The notes: generated by a model from the letters alone, not told the origin. Shown: positions 34,796 to 45,315, counted from the first letter of the stretch. The stretch is DNA of 64,000 nt from Patescibacteria group bacterium UBA1406 (GCA_002305675.1 DBQA01000007.1:110653-174652), one strand, 5' to 3'. Program-made: numbers and translations.

Positions 34796-36489
34796 AAAGG
34801 CTGTTCTTTATCCTGACCCTGGCCCTGGTGATAGTCTTTATGGGCAAGAAGCTTTTGCCGGGAAACGAGATGTTCGATTTCCACGACGAGACCCAACCGG
34901 CCAGAATACAGCAGTTCGCCCTCAACCTGAGGAACGGGGTTCTCCCGCCGCGGATGGCCCCGGATTTCGTCTTCCGGCTGGGATATCCTGTCTTCAACTT
35001 CTACGCCCCTTCCTCCTACTGGCTGACAACAGCCATCCACCTTCTGGGCTTTGACGTGGCCGACAGCCTGAAGCTTTCCTTCCTGGCCGCCCTACTTATC
35101 GCCTTTACCGGCATGTTCAGATACTTGAGAAGGTTCCTGACCCATTACGGCTCCCTATTGGGGGCGGCCATATACGTTTCCTCCCCCTACATGGCGGTCG
35201 AGATATTCATCCGGGGTAACCTGGGCGAGGTCTGGTTCCTGGCCATCCTTCCGTGGGCCCTCTACCTTCTGCATCTGAATTCGGAAAAGAGGTCGAGAGG
35301 AGTGTTTCTGGCCCTGATTGCCAGCCTGGCCTTTGGCCTGACCGTCCACAACATCCTGTCTTTGCTATTTCTTCCCCTGGTCCTTGGCTACGCCCTCTTA
35401 TTGAAAGAGAGACGGAGGAATATCCTCGGGATAGTCCTTGCACTCCTCCTGTCCGCCTATTTCCTGGTGCCGGCGGTCATGGAGAACCGGCTGACTTATG
35501 CCCAACAGATAGCGAAATCTACCAATTACAAAGCCCACTTCCTGTGCTGGCACCAACTGTGGACAGCTCCCTATTGGGGTTATGGAGGCTCTGTCGAGGG
35601 ATGCACGGACGACGGGATGTCTTTCAAACTTGGCAAGCCCCAGCTCGTTCTGGCCGGTCTCGGGGTACTACTATTCCTGACCCGGCAGCTTTTCGGGAAG
35701 AAGCACCGGGACCAAAACGGCCGGCTGCTGGCCCTGATCCTGGCCGGGACCCTTGTCAGCCTTTATCTGACCACCTACCAGTCGGCGTTCATCTGGGACC
35801 TTTTGGCCCCGGTCTTAGGGCTTTTCCAATTCCCATGGCGTTTTCTGGTCTTTGGGCTCTTCGGCATGTCAGTGTTCGGCGGTTACCTGTTCGGGACCAA
35901 ACAGAACAAGCTGGCCTATATCCTGGCTGTCCTCTCCATCGCCGGGATCATTTTCATCAGCGGCAAATACTTCACAAAGTATATGCAGCCGAAAGACAAA
36001 TTCATGGGCTACATCTCCAAGGAATATGTGGAATACCTGGTGGCCTACAAGGTGGCCGAGTATCTGCCCAAGAACGTTGACTACGACTATTTCCTATACC
36101 TTGAGCCCAAAGGAACGGGTCCATATCGGAAGGACCCGCGGCTCGGGTCGCCCGTCTTTGCCCTGGATAAAAAACCTGTCCGTACAGTAGTTGATGACCC
36201 GTTCTATAAGGAGGCGGAAACAGAGTCCCGCTCCTTCATCGTCAATGTCCAGTATTTTCCCTATTGGGAGCTGTCCCTGAATGGCCGTGAAGTCATCCCC
36301 GACAGATTCGACCGGCTGGGCAGGCCCTTACTTGAATCTGATTCCCCCAACACCGCGGTCAGGGCCAGATACCGCGAGACACCCGTGGAAAGGCTCGGTA
36401 ACCTGGTCACACTGGTTGCCATAGCGGCCTTGCTTTACATTATCGCCAACCGGAAACTATGGAAAAAGCCCTCGACAAAAAAGAACTGA
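34792..36489 (+). CDS. GT-C-like membrane protein (YfhO / PTPS-related membrane family)
   Basis: 565 aa. N-terminus FHDETQPARIQQFALNLRNGVLPPRMAPDFVFRLGYPVFNFYAP and C-terminus NVQYFPYWELSLNGREV match YfhO-like patterns. Confidence 0.6.
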   Translation: MKRLFFILTLALVIVFMGKKLLPGNEMFDFHDETQPARIQQFALNLRNGVLPPRMAPDFVFRLGYPVFNFYAPSSYWLTTAIHLLGFDVADSLKLSFLAALLIAFTGMFRYLRRFLTHYGSLLGAAIYVSSPYMAVEIFIRGNLGEVWFLAILPWALYLLHLNSEKRSRGVFLALIASLAFGLTVHNILSLLFLPLVLGYALLLKERRRNILGIVLALLLSAYFLVPAVMENRLTYAQQIAKSTNYKAHFLCWHQLWTAPYWGYGGSVEGCTDDGMSFKLGKPQLVLAGLGVLLFLTRQLFGKKHRDQNGRLLALILAGTLVSLYLTTYQSAFIWDLLAPVLGLFQFPWRFLVFGLFGMSVFGGYLFGTKQNKLAYILAVLSIAGIIFISGKYFTKYMQPKDKFMGYISKEYVEYLVAYKVAEYLPKNVDYDYFLYLEPKGTGPYRKDPRLGSPVFALDKKPVRTVVDDPFYKEAETESRSFIVNVQYFPYWELSLNGREVIPDRFDRLGRPLLESDSPNTAVRARYRETPVERLGNLVTLVAIAALLYIIANRKLWKKPSTKKN

Positions 36490-37919
36490 AGCGCAAAAGT
36501 TTCGTCAGCGTGATTACGCTTTTTCTGCAAAGCGGGGTCATCCAGGCGATGGGTTTCATCACCAATCTCATCCTGACCGTCATCCTATCCCCGGCGGTAT
36601 TCGGCCTGTACTTCACCGTGCTGTCCATCATGGCCATCCTCAATTATTTCTCCGACATCGGCCTGGCGGCTTCCCTCATCCAGAAAGACAAGGCCGAAGA
36701 CGACGATTTCGCGACGGCCTTCACCGCCCAGCAGATCCTGATAATTGCCGTGTGCGTGGCAGGGTTTCTGGCTACCCCTTATGTGACCGCCTTCTATTCC
36801 CTGCCCCCAAGCGGCATCTATCTTTACTGGTCCCTCTTGCTGGCGTTTTTCCTCTCCTCCCTGAAGACCATCCCCACCATTATCCTGGAAAGGCAGGTCA
36901 ATTTCGTCCCCATCAGCTACGTGCAGATATTCGAGAATGCGGTCTTTTACCTGACCGTCGCCGTCCTGGCGATCCGCGGGCTTGGCATCAATGCCTTCAC
37001 CTACGCCACCCTGGCCAGGTCGGTGACCGGCCTGGTGGGAATATATATCGTTTCCCCCTGGGTCCCCCGGCTGAGAATGGAGTTCGGCCGCCTGAAGGGA
37101 CTCCTCTCATACGGTATCCCCTTCCAGACGAACTCCATCCTTGCCCTGGTCAAGGATGAGCTCCTGACCCTGTACCTAGGCAAGATCATCGGTTTCACCA
37201 ATCTCGGTTATGTCGGCTGGGCCAAAAAATGGTCGGCTGCCCCCCAGCAGCTTGTCATGACCAACTTCCTCCGGGTGGCCTTCCCGATGTTCTCCCGGTT
37301 GAAAAACGATCCCGTCGCCCTCAAAAACTCGGTGGAGAAATTCCTGTACTTCATGGCCCTGATCCTGTTCCCTATCCTGATGGGAATATTCTTTGCCATG
37401 CCTCTGATCATCGAGGTCATCCCCAGATACGGCAAGTGGGTCCCGGGGCTAAATTCCTTCTACCTTTTCATCCTGTCGGCCGTCTTTTCCTCCCTGACCA
37501 CCCCCCTCACTAACCTGTTCAACGCCATCGGTCGGGTCAAACTGTCCCTCGCCCTGATGACGGTCTGGACCATGGCCACCTGGGTCTTCATCCCCGTGGC
37601 CGTATTCCTGATGGGCTTCAACGGGGTGGCCTTTTCCGTCCTGATTATCTCGGCTGCATCCCTTCTGGTCGTGTTCCTGGCCAAAAAATATGTGGACTTC
37701 AGCTTTCTGAAAAGTATCCGGGTTCCGATCCTCTCCACAGCGGCCATGTCGGTGATCCTGTACCTTCTGCCTGTCCTGAGCGAGAGCGCCGTTGTCCAGC
37801 TGGCGTTTGTTGTCCTGACTGGTGTTTCGGCCTACAGTCTGAGCGTTATCACCCTCAGCCGGGGTGGAATTTTTGCCGAGATGCAGGATTTGTTAAAATT
37901 ATGGAGGAAAACATCATGA
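36459..37919 (+). CDS. wzx: Wzx-type oligo/polysaccharide flippase (MOP superfamily)
   Basis: 486 aa with ~12-14 TMs. N-terminus SFVSVITLFLQSGVIQAMGFITNLILTVILSPAVFGLY is typical of polysaccharide biosynthesis proteins. Confidence 0.8.
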   Translation: MEKALDKKELKRKSFVSVITLFLQSGVIQAMGFITNLILTVILSPAVFGLYFTVLSIMAILNYFSDIGLAASLIQKDKAEDDDFATAFTAQQILIIAVCVAGFLATPYVTAFYSLPPSGIYLYWSLLLAFFLSSLKTIPTIILERQVNFVPISYVQIFENAVFYLTVAVLAIRGLGINAFTYATLARSVTGLVGIYIVSPWVPRLRMEFGRLKGLLSYGIPFQTNSILALVKDELLTLYLGKIIGFTNLGYVGWAKKWSAAPQQLVMTNFLRVAFPMFSRLKNDPVALKNSVEKFLYFMALILFPILMGIFFAMPLIIEVIPRYGKWVPGLNSFYLFILSAVFSSLTTPLTNLFNAIGRVKLSLALMTVWTMATWVFIPVAVFLMGFNGVAFSVLIISAASLLVVFLAKKYVDFSFLKSIRVPILSTAAMSVILYLLPVLSESAVVQLAFVVLTGVSAYSLSVITLSRGGIFAEMQDLLKLWRKTS

Positions 37920-38815
37920 TTAGCGCCATAATCGTCAACCGCAATGAGGCGGAAAAATTGGACAACTGCCTGTTGTCGGTCAAGGAGTTCGCCGACGAGA
38001 TGATCGTGGTGGACCTCGAGAGCACCGACTCATCCAAAAGCATCGCAAAGAAGCGCGGGGCGAAATTCGTTCCCCATCCGCTCGTGCCCATCGTGGAAGA
38101 GGTCAGACAGGAAGCCTTGAAACATGCAAAGCATGACTGGGTGCTCTTTCTGGATCCGGACGAGGAGATCACCCCGGATTTCCAGGCCGAGGTGAAAGAC
38201 CTTTTCCGGCATGAGGTGGAGTTTGATTACCTCGAGGTCCCGCGCAAGAACATCATCTTCCGCAAATGGCTGAGGCACAGCCGCTGGTGGCCGGACTATC
38301 AGGTCCGTTTTTTTCGCAAAGAGGCGGTCTTCTTTCCCAAGGAGATCCACAGCCAGCCTGTCACCAAGGGCAAAGCCTATGCCCTGCCGGCAAAAGAGAG
38401 TCTGGCCATCATCCACACGAATTATCAAAACTTTGAGGAGTATTTTGCCAAGAACGTCCGCTATGCCAAAACGGAGGCCAACCGGCTGAAAAAGACAGGG
38501 AAAAAACCGGGTTTGGCCGAAACTATCCGTAAAGCCATCTCCGAATTCATCAGCCGGTTTTTCGCCGGTCACGGTTACCGTGACGGCATGCACGGCTTTG
38601 CCCTGGCCGTCCTGCAGATGTTCTACTACTTTCTGGTACATTTCTTTTATTGGGAAACGGAAGGCTATGTGAGCCCCGAGGATGAACGGGAGCTCACTGA
38701 TCACGCCGAAGGTTTTTTCCGGCAAGGATACCGGGAATCTCTCTATTGGCAGGGCAGGAGAAAACCCCTGTCCTGGAAAGAGAGACTTGTGGGGCGCCTA
38801 ATTAGCAAACAATAA
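37916..38815 (+). CDS. GT2 glycosyltransferase (WaaE/KdtX-like soluble type)
   Basis: ISAIIVNRNE, VVDLESTDSS, LFLDPDEE and RHSRWWPDYQVRFFRK. The ATG at 37916 gives an ATGA overlap with the flippase stop. Confidence 0.8.
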   Translation: MISAIIVNRNEAEKLDNCLLSVKEFADEMIVVDLESTDSSKSIAKKRGAKFVPHPLVPIVEEVRQEALKHAKHDWVLFLDPDEEITPDFQAEVKDLFRHEVEFDYLEVPRKNIIFRKWLRHSRWWPDYQVRFFRKEAVFFPKEIHSQPVTKGKAYALPAKESLAIIHTNYQNFEEYFAKNVRYAKTEANRLKKTGKKPGLAETIRKAISEFISRFFAGHGYRDGMHGFALAVLQMFYYFLVHFFYWETEGYVSPEDERELTDHAEGFFRQGYRESLYWQGRRKPLSWKERLVGRLISKQ

Positions 38816-40438
38816 ATGCGTAACACCGTGGCCGTTTTCTGTCTTGTCTTCGGGCTGTCCCTGCTGATGCGGCTACTCTTCCTTTTTTTCGGTATCGACT
38901 CCGTCACCTTCGACGAGGCGGACTTTTACTACAACGGCTACCTTCTCTCCCGGACCGGCTCCGAGCTTTTCGGCCACCGGCTGTTTCTGACCTCCGGGAT
39001 ATTGTTTGCTACCCCGAGCATTCCGATCTACGTCAGCGCCCTCTTCTGGAAGTTTGTCCCCTTCAAGTCCGTACTTTTTGCCAGACTGCCCTTTGCCCTC
39101 CTCAACTCGCTGACGCCGGCGGTCTTGTTCCTGGTCGTCTATAAGGTCAGCCGGAACAAGCTCCTGGCTTTCCTGACGGCTATGGTGTTTAGTTTCTCCC
39201 CCTGGTTCTCGCACCTCTCGAGCACGGCCGGCTTCGATGCCCCCGTCTCCGTCCTTTTCCTCTTATTGTCAAGTCTGGTACTGCTCTCCAGGATGGACAA
39301 CCGCCTCAAAGCGCCGGCCTTCATCCTGTTCTCCTTTCTGTCTTTCAACTCCTATATGGGTATAAAGATAATTTTCTTCCCGGTGCTTTTCATACTCATG
39401 CTGACTGTCGAGGCCACCCGCGGCAAGGTTACCCCATATCTCGCCTTGAGGGCTGGACTGGTGTCTCTGCTGCTATTTTTCTCCTTCCTGGCCATGGCCT
39501 ATCTTGCCCCAAACGCCGGCTTCTTCAAAAGCCGGGCCACGAACGAGATCACTTTCCTGAACAAACAGAAAGTGGAAGGGGACGTCTGGTATGCCAGGTA
39601 TTCGTCCCGGGGCGACCCTCTCCTGAATACACTGATGTTCAATAAGGTCAGTTTGCCCCTGGCCGATTTCCAGCGGAAATATATGGAAGCATTCAACTTC
39701 AAGGTCCTTTTCACCCAGGGAGACCCCCATCCCATCTACGGCACCAACCTTATCGGCCAGTTCCACTTCCTGGATTTCCTGTTCCTGATAATGGGCATCA
39801 TCGTATTCCGCCGGACCCTTAACCGGGCCACCAAAATACTCCTGGCCCTGGTCTTTGTAGGCGGCATCCCGACCGCCATCAACATCAACGCCCCGACCAT
39901 TGCCCTCAGGGGCATCATCCTCCTGATCCCCTATTCCCTCATGATCGCCACCGGCCTCTATCACCTGGTCAGAAAACCTCATAGCCTGTTCAGGCCGGCG
40001 GTCATCGGCCTCTACCTTTTCAGCACCATCTATTTCCTGCTCATCTACCAGACCAGGATCAAGGTCCTGAGCGCCGAACAATGGCACCAGAGCGACAGGC
40101 TCATCGTCCAGGATCTGCACCGGAGGACCGAACCCAAACGCATCTTCACCAACGAGCCCCGCGAGTTTTACCTCCTCTACAATTTCTACAACGACACGCC
40201 ACCGGAACAGGCCAAAAAGGAACTTCTCAAGGGAGGCACCAGTTACCGGACGGACGGCCTTCTGGTCACGGACGGCTGTCCTGAAAATTCCGGCTACCGG
40301 CCGGACCGCCATACTCTTGTCCTGATAAGACCGGAATACTGCCAATACCCGGACCCCAGCCGATTCGAGGTCCTCAACTATATCACCTCCCGGGAAGGCG
40401 ACCGGCGGACACTTTATTATCTGACAAAGGGGAAGTAG
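38816..40438 (+). CDS. GT-C membrane glycosyltransferase (ArnT/PMT_2-like)
   Basis: 540 aa. First loop SVTFDEADFYYNGY. Starts on the nucleotide after the upstream GT2 stop codon. Confidence 0.7.
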   Translation: MRNTVAVFCLVFGLSLLMRLLFLFFGIDSVTFDEADFYYNGYLLSRTGSELFGHRLFLTSGILFATPSIPIYVSALFWKFVPFKSVLFARLPFALLNSLTPAVLFLVVYKVSRNKLLAFLTAMVFSFSPWFSHLSSTAGFDAPVSVLFLLLSSLVLLSRMDNRLKAPAFILFSFLSFNSYMGIKIIFFPVLFILMLTVEATRGKVTPYLALRAGLVSLLLFFSFLAMAYLAPNAGFFKSRATNEITFLNKQKVEGDVWYARYSSRGDPLLNTLMFNKVSLPLADFQRKYMEAFNFKVLFTQGDPHPIYGTNLIGQFHFLDFLFLIMGIIVFRRTLNRATKILLALVFVGGIPTAININAPTIALRGIILLIPYSLMIATGLYHLVRKPHSLFRPAVIGLYLFSTIYFLLIYQTRIKVLSAEQWHQSDRLIVQDLHRRTEPKRIFTNEPREFYLLYNFYNDTPPEQAKKELLKGGTSYRTDGLLVTDGCPENSGYRPDRHTLVLIRPEYCQYPDPSRFEVLNYITSREGDRRTLYYLTKGK

Positions 40439-40455
40439 TTTATTAGAATAATGAG

Positions 40456-41271
40456 ATGCAGACAGCCCTGATCACCGTCAACTACAACCAGAACGGGATG
40501 GTCAACGAATTCCTCACCTCACTCCTCTCCAACCAGGGTCTGGACCGGACGCTCGTGATCATTGCCGACCTGTCCGACCGTCCGCAATCCGTCAGCATCA
40601 AGAGTGTCCTGCCCCACCAGCTCGTTCTAACAGGCAAGAACAAAGGCTATTCTTTCGGCGTCAATCTGGGGCTCAGAGCAGCACAGGAGAGAGGCATAAG
40701 ACGCTACTGTATACTCAATAATGACATCGGGGTGGGAAGCGGTTTTCTGTCCAGTGTCGACCGGTCTTTCGCGAGCTACCAGGCGTTCACGGGCAAGATA
40801 TATTATGCACCGGGATTTGAATACCATCGGGACAGATATGACCGGCAGGACCTCGGAAAAGTCATCTGGTACGCCGGCGGAGAGGTGGACTGGGACCATT
40901 GCCTACCCCGGCACCGGGGCGTGGACGAAGTGGACCGGGGGCAATACGACCGGGCCGGAAAAGTCGGTTTTATAAGCGGCTGCCTGTTCTGTTTTGACGA
41001 GAAAGTCCTGAAAAGAACCGGCTTCTGGGATGAGAAATATTTCCTCTATTTCGAGGACGCCGACTACTCCGAACGGGTAAAAAAGGCCGGCTTTGAACTT
41101 ATCTATAACCCCTCCATCATCATCTGGCACAAAAATGCCCAATCCACCGGTGGCTCCGGATCCGCCCTGCACCGCCGGTACCAGCGGATAAACCGGCTCC
41201 GCTTCGGACTCAAGTATGCACCTCTCCGGACCAAGTTGCATCTGATTAAAAATATGTTGAGCGGTCGATAA
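40456..41271 (+). CDS. GT2 glycosyltransferase (WbbL/rhamnosyltransferase-like)
   Basis: ALITVNYNQ, NKGYSFGVNLG and LYFEDADYSERV (ED motif). Confidence 0.8.
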   Translation: MQTALITVNYNQNGMVNEFLTSLLSNQGLDRTLVIIADLSDRPQSVSIKSVLPHQLVLTGKNKGYSFGVNLGLRAAQERGIRRYCILNNDIGVGSGFLSSVDRSFASYQAFTGKIYYAPGFEYHRDRYDRQDLGKVIWYAGGEVDWDHCLPRHRGVDEVDRGQYDRAGKVGFISGCLFCFDEKVLKRTGFWDEKYFLYFEDADYSERVKKAGFELIYNPSIIIWHKNAQSTGGSGSALHRRYQRINRLRFGLKYAPLRTKLHLIKNMLSGR

Positions 41272-41272
41272 A

Positions 41273-42403
41273 ATGGTCAGGAAAATTATCACGCTATTGC
41301 TGCTTTTGGGAATCGTCTATAACTGGACCCGATCGTATGGCCTGTTCGAGCCGGAAAAGATATACCGCCACCGGCTGGACTTCAATAAAATTGAGGACCG
41401 GTATTTCAAATCCCAGTGGGTCATTCCGGAAAGCAAGCACCCCGTCGGCGACGACATCCTGTATATCTATGCGGGCGTAAAATATCTCCGGGGCACCGAC
41501 CCCTCGCTCCTGGTGGCCGAGCACCCTCCTTTGGGCAAGAACCTGGTCGGCCTGTCCGCCCTGTACCTTGGCAACGAATATTACTTTTCCCTGCTGTCGG
41601 GCATCTTCGCTCTCATCACTTTCTATCTGCTGGCCAAATCCCTGACCGGTGACAAAAGGATCTCCCTTCTCCTGACCGTATTTTTGGGCCTTGAGCCGTT
41701 AATAGTCGCCAACTACTTCCTCGCCCTCTTTGACCTATTGATGCTTGGGTTTCTGAACCTGTTCTTTTATTTTTTGATTACCGCCAATGACAGAAACAGT
41801 CTCCGGAACATGTTTTTGGCGAACTTAGTCCTTGGTCTGATCATCTCTACCAAGTTCTTCGGTCTGATGCTCCCTGTTCTCGGGGCGGCCCTCCTGTATC
41901 TCGCCGTTAGTGGCAAACCCCTGGTCCTGGCCCAGTACATCCTGGCCCTCCCCGTCGCTTTTATCGTCTATGCCGGCAGTTATTTCCAATATTTCCTGAA
42001 AGGCCACTCCCCGTTGGAGTTCCTGAAGTTGCAGAAATGGATCTACGTCTTTCACACCGAAGGCCGGAAGGCCTTCCTCGGCCTCAACGGCTCCCTGCCG
42101 CTACTCCTGTTCCGGGGCCGGTTCTATACCGATACGGTCCGCACGGTCAGGGAGAACCATCACTCGCTCGTCTGGGCTATATCGAGCCTGGCCCTCCCCG
42201 TCGCTCTCCCCTTTCGGATAAAGAGCGTCCTGGCGGGGAACAGGCCGCTTTTGCTGCCCCTCCTGTGGCTCGGCCTGTACGGACTGATGCAACTTTTTTC
42301 CTTTACCAATGCGAGATACCTGATCCTTATGCTACCCTATATATATCTCTCATTGACGGCTCTGTTATTGGTTTCCGGACAAAAAAAAGATGTCAAAAAG
42401 TAA
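41273..42403 (+). CDS. PMT-like GT-C membrane glycosyltransferase
   Basis: VGDDILYIYAGVKYLRG...EHPPLGKNLVG resembles the PMT loop-1 (DE ... HPPLGK). 1-nt gap after the GT2. Confidence 0.65.
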   Translation: MVRKIITLLLLLGIVYNWTRSYGLFEPEKIYRHRLDFNKIEDRYFKSQWVIPESKHPVGDDILYIYAGVKYLRGTDPSLLVAEHPPLGKNLVGLSALYLGNEYYFSLLSGIFALITFYLLAKSLTGDKRISLLLTVFLGLEPLIVANYFLALFDLLMLGFLNLFFYFLITANDRNSLRNMFLANLVLGLIISTKFFGLMLPVLGAALLYLAVSGKPLVLAQYILALPVAFIVYAGSYFQYFLKGHSPLEFLKLQKWIYVFHTEGRKAFLGLNGSLPLLLFRGRFYTDTVRTVRENHHSLVWAISSLALPVALPFRIKSVLAGNRPLLLPLLWLGLYGLMQLFSFTNARYLILMLPYIYLSLTALLLVSGQKKDVKK

Positions 42404-43151
42404 AGTCACCATCGTCATCCAGGTCAGGAATGCGGCAAACAACATCGCCGCCTGCGTGGAAAGCGCCAAACTATTGACCAGGGATATCGTGGTGATGGAT
42501 ATGGACAGCACGGACGGCACCAGGGAGATTGCCCGGAAGGCCGGAGCAACAGTGCGGGTCATCCCCCGTTTTCCATATGTCGAACCGGCGCGGAACCTGG
42601 CCTTCGAGAAAATATCGGGGGAATGGGTGTTCGTTATGGATGCGGATGAGAGGATGACCGGGGAGCTCGCCGAAGAGATCAAGGCCATTCTTGAAATTAC
42701 CCCGCACTCCTCCTTCAGGGTCCCCAGGGAAAACATCATAGCCCAGAAAGTTACCCTCCGGCACGGCGGGTGGTGGCCGGATCACCAGATCAGACTTATC
42801 AAAAAAACTGATTTTTTGAACTGGCCGAAGGAGATCCACTCCACCCCTAACGTCCGCGGCAGCCGGGGCAAGCTGGAAAACCCGTTCCAGCACTACTTTC
42901 ATACCGACCTTGAAAGCATGGTCGAAAAGACCGCCAACTTCGAAGGTCGGGAGGCAGCCCTCCTTTATGCCGCCGGACGGAAGGTGGGCGTTCCCACTTT
43001 TTTCCGTAAATTCCTCGGGGAGCTCTTCCGTCGCCTGATAAAACAGAAGGGTTTTCTCGACGGCGCCTATGGTATCATTGAGTCGTTCTATCAGGCGTAC
43101 AGCAAAACCATAACGTGGATATTGTTATATGAAAAAAGGAACCAAAAATAA
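42390..43151 (+). CDS. GT2 glycosyltransferase, paralog of 37916..38815
   Basis: VTIVIQVRNA, VMDMDSTDGT, VMDADER, RHGGWWPDHQIRLIKK and EIHSTP parallel the motifs of the 37916 gene. Confidence 0.8.
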   Translation: MSKSKVTIVIQVRNAANNIAACVESAKLLTRDIVVMDMDSTDGTREIARKAGATVRVIPRFPYVEPARNLAFEKISGEWVFVMDADERMTGELAEEIKAILEITPHSSFRVPRENIIAQKVTLRHGGWWPDHQIRLIKKTDFLNWPKEIHSTPNVRGSRGKLENPFQHYFHTDLESMVEKTANFEGREAALLYAAGRKVGVPTFFRKFLGELFRRLIKQKGFLDGAYGIIESFYQAYSKTITWILLYEKRNQK

Positions 43152-44250
43152 ACGAACCTTGTTTCCGTCTCCATATTTATGGTCAGTCATACTAATTCTA
43201 GTATTATTCTTCTCTCTCTTTGTTACTAATAACTCAGATTTACTATCTTACCGATTTGAAAAATCATCAATTGATCTATACTTAAGATCACAGGACATAC
43301 CTCGTGATTATCATATTGACAAGGTCTTTCTTTCCGATAGTGATATCCATATTTCTGCCGGATATCTATATGCTCAGGGCGCTGACCCCACCTATTATAA
43401 TTTCCAACATCCGCCTTTAATCAAATACCTATACGGGTTTTCAATTATTTTTTTTCAAAACCCATACTATGTACAGATATTCTTCGCTATTATCTATTTA
43501 TTAACCGCCCATTGGTTTTTTTTGAAAATCAGCAAAAATAATTACGCATTATCTTTGACCGCAGCCATGCTATTAGCCGCCGACCCCCTTTTGACAAGCC
43601 TATCATCCCAGGCACTGCTTGATTTAGGCCAGGCAAGCTTATCAATGATTTACTTTGCTTCCATCTTAATATTCCCGACTAACTATTGGCTTCATGGTAT
43701 ATCTCTAGGTTTATTTGCTGCATCCAAATTCTGGGCTGCTCCAGTATTTTTCGTAACTCTTCTTGTTGTTTATCAAGTTCTCACTAAAAAATTCAGAATA
43801 AAAAATTACATTTTGCATTTAATAATAGCCTCTCTAATTTTCTCGCTCACCTACATGAAAGCTTTTATAGTAAGAGGAGGTCAATTTAATATCATCCATT
43901 ATCAACTTATGACATTTAAATACTGGCTGACAAACTCCGTTAGCTCAATCCCTATGGCTTCACTTGTATTGTTCGTGACCGGCTTTTTCAAAACATGGTG
44001 GGGAAATAAAGATTTGGCCTTCTCTTCCGTTTGGTCTCCATTTTGGCCGGTCGGATTGATAGTTTCAGCTTTTGCAACCCGCACGGCTTACTTCTTAAAA
44101 GAAAAGGAGGTATTGATATTGGTTTTAGTTCCACTTTTATATCTCTTGTTCCTAGGAGTCCAGGCCCCGTTTAGCAGATATTTCATAATGATCTTGCCAT
44201 ATATCTATTTTTCCATAAGCTATTTATTGTTTAAATCCATAAAAACATGA
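43129..44250 (+). CDS. PMT-like GT-C membrane glycosyltransferase, AT-rich paralog of 41273..42403
   Basis: SDSDIHISAGYLYAQG...QHPPLIKYLYG and polytopic. Hand-counted G+C is 14-17 per 60 nt over most of the gene. Confidence 0.65.
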   Translation: MKKGTKNKRTLFPSPYLWSVILILVLFFSLFVTNNSDLLSYRFEKSSIDLYLRSQDIPRDYHIDKVFLSDSDIHISAGYLYAQGADPTYYNFQHPPLIKYLYGFSIIFFQNPYYVQIFFAIIYLLTAHWFFLKISKNNYALSLTAAMLLAADPLLTSLSSQALLDLGQASLSMIYFASILIFPTNYWLHGISLGLFAASKFWAAPVFFVTLLVVYQVLTKKFRIKNYILHLIIASLIFSLTYMKAFIVRGGQFNIIHYQLMTFKYWLTNSVSSIPMASLVLFVTGFFKTWWGNKDLAFSSVWSPFWPVGLIVSAFATRTAYFLKEKEVLILVLVPLLYLLFLGVQAPFSRYFIMILPYIYFSISYLLFKSIKT

Positions 44251-45311
44251 AAATCGCATTTGTCACGCCTTACCTGGATACTTTGGGCGGGGGGGAGAAG
44301 TACCTCCTGGACATCTCCAGAGTGCTCCACGATCTCGGGCATACCTGCGTCTTTTTCTGGCCGGAGAACCTTTCGGAAAGGATCGCGGACAGGTTCGGCA
44401 ACGCTTACGGGTTCGTCAAGTTCGACCCCCGCTGGCATACATTCAGGGGGATCCGAAAGATCCTTTACACCCGTCAGTTCGACCGCCTGTTCTATATTAC
44501 GGACGGAAGCTATTTCATTTCCCTCGCTAAAAAAAATTACGTTCTCCTGCAGGTACCGCAGCAGAACCTCTTGCCCCATAACCGCCTGTCCCTTATTAAA
44601 GCCCGCCTCTTCACCCCCTTTGTCTTCTCCAACTTCGTCAAAAGATATTTCGTCAGGCAAAATATCTGGCAGGAACCGGCGGTCATCTACCCGCTAATTG
44701 AGGTGCCGGAGAATACGGCTCTCAAGAAGGAAAAGATCATTCTTTCCGTAGGCCGTTTCTTCGGCCATCTGCATTCCAAAAGACAGGACGTGTTGATTAA
44801 AGCTTTCCGATACGCCAGAGATCAGTATCCGGAATACAAGGAATACCGGCTTATCCTGGCAGGCAGCTACCAAGAGGCGGATAAAAAGTATCTCGAAAAG
44901 GTAAAAAAAATGGCGGAAGGCCGGCCCGACATTCAATTTGCCCTGAACATCGGCCGTCCGGAAATGGAGAGTTATTATCAGAAAGCTGCAATCTATTGGC
45001 ATGCGGCCGGATATGGAGAGGAGGAGAGAAGGTCGCCGGAGAAGATGGAGCATTTTGGCATCGCGGTTGCCGAGGCCATGGGCCGGGAATGCGTCCCGGT
45101 CGTCTATAGGGCCGGCGGGCCGAAAGAGATAATCATGGACGGACACTCGGGCTACCTGTTTGAAAAAAGAATAGAGCTTATCAAAAAGACCCTCCGGCTA
45201 ATGAAGGATCCTGCTCTAATGAGGAGGATAGGCAGGGGGTCCCGGCAAAGAGTGAAGGAAAAGTTCTCCGGGGCACAGTTTTCCAAAAAAATTGCCAGTC
45301 TAGTACAATAA
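44247..45311 (+). CDS. GT4 (group 1, GT-B) glycosyltransferase
   Basis: EHFGIAVAEAMGRECVPVVYRAGGPKEII (EX7E region). Confidence 0.85.
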   Translation: MKIAFVTPYLDTLGGGEKYLLDISRVLHDLGHTCVFFWPENLSERIADRFGNAYGFVKFDPRWHTFRGIRKILYTRQFDRLFYITDGSYFISLAKKNYVLLQVPQQNLLPHNRLSLIKARLFTPFVFSNFVKRYFVRQNIWQEPAVIYPLIEVPENTALKKEKIILSVGRFFGHLHSKRQDVLIKAFRYARDQYPEYKEYRLILAGSYQEADKKYLEKVKKMAEGRPDIQFALNIGRPEMESYYQKAAIYWHAAGYGEEERRSPEKMEHFGIAVAEAMGRECVPVVYRAGGPKEIIMDGHSGYLFEKRIELIKKTLRLMKDPALMRRIGRGSRQRVKEKFSGAQFSKKIASLVQ

Positions 45312-45315
45312 CTAA

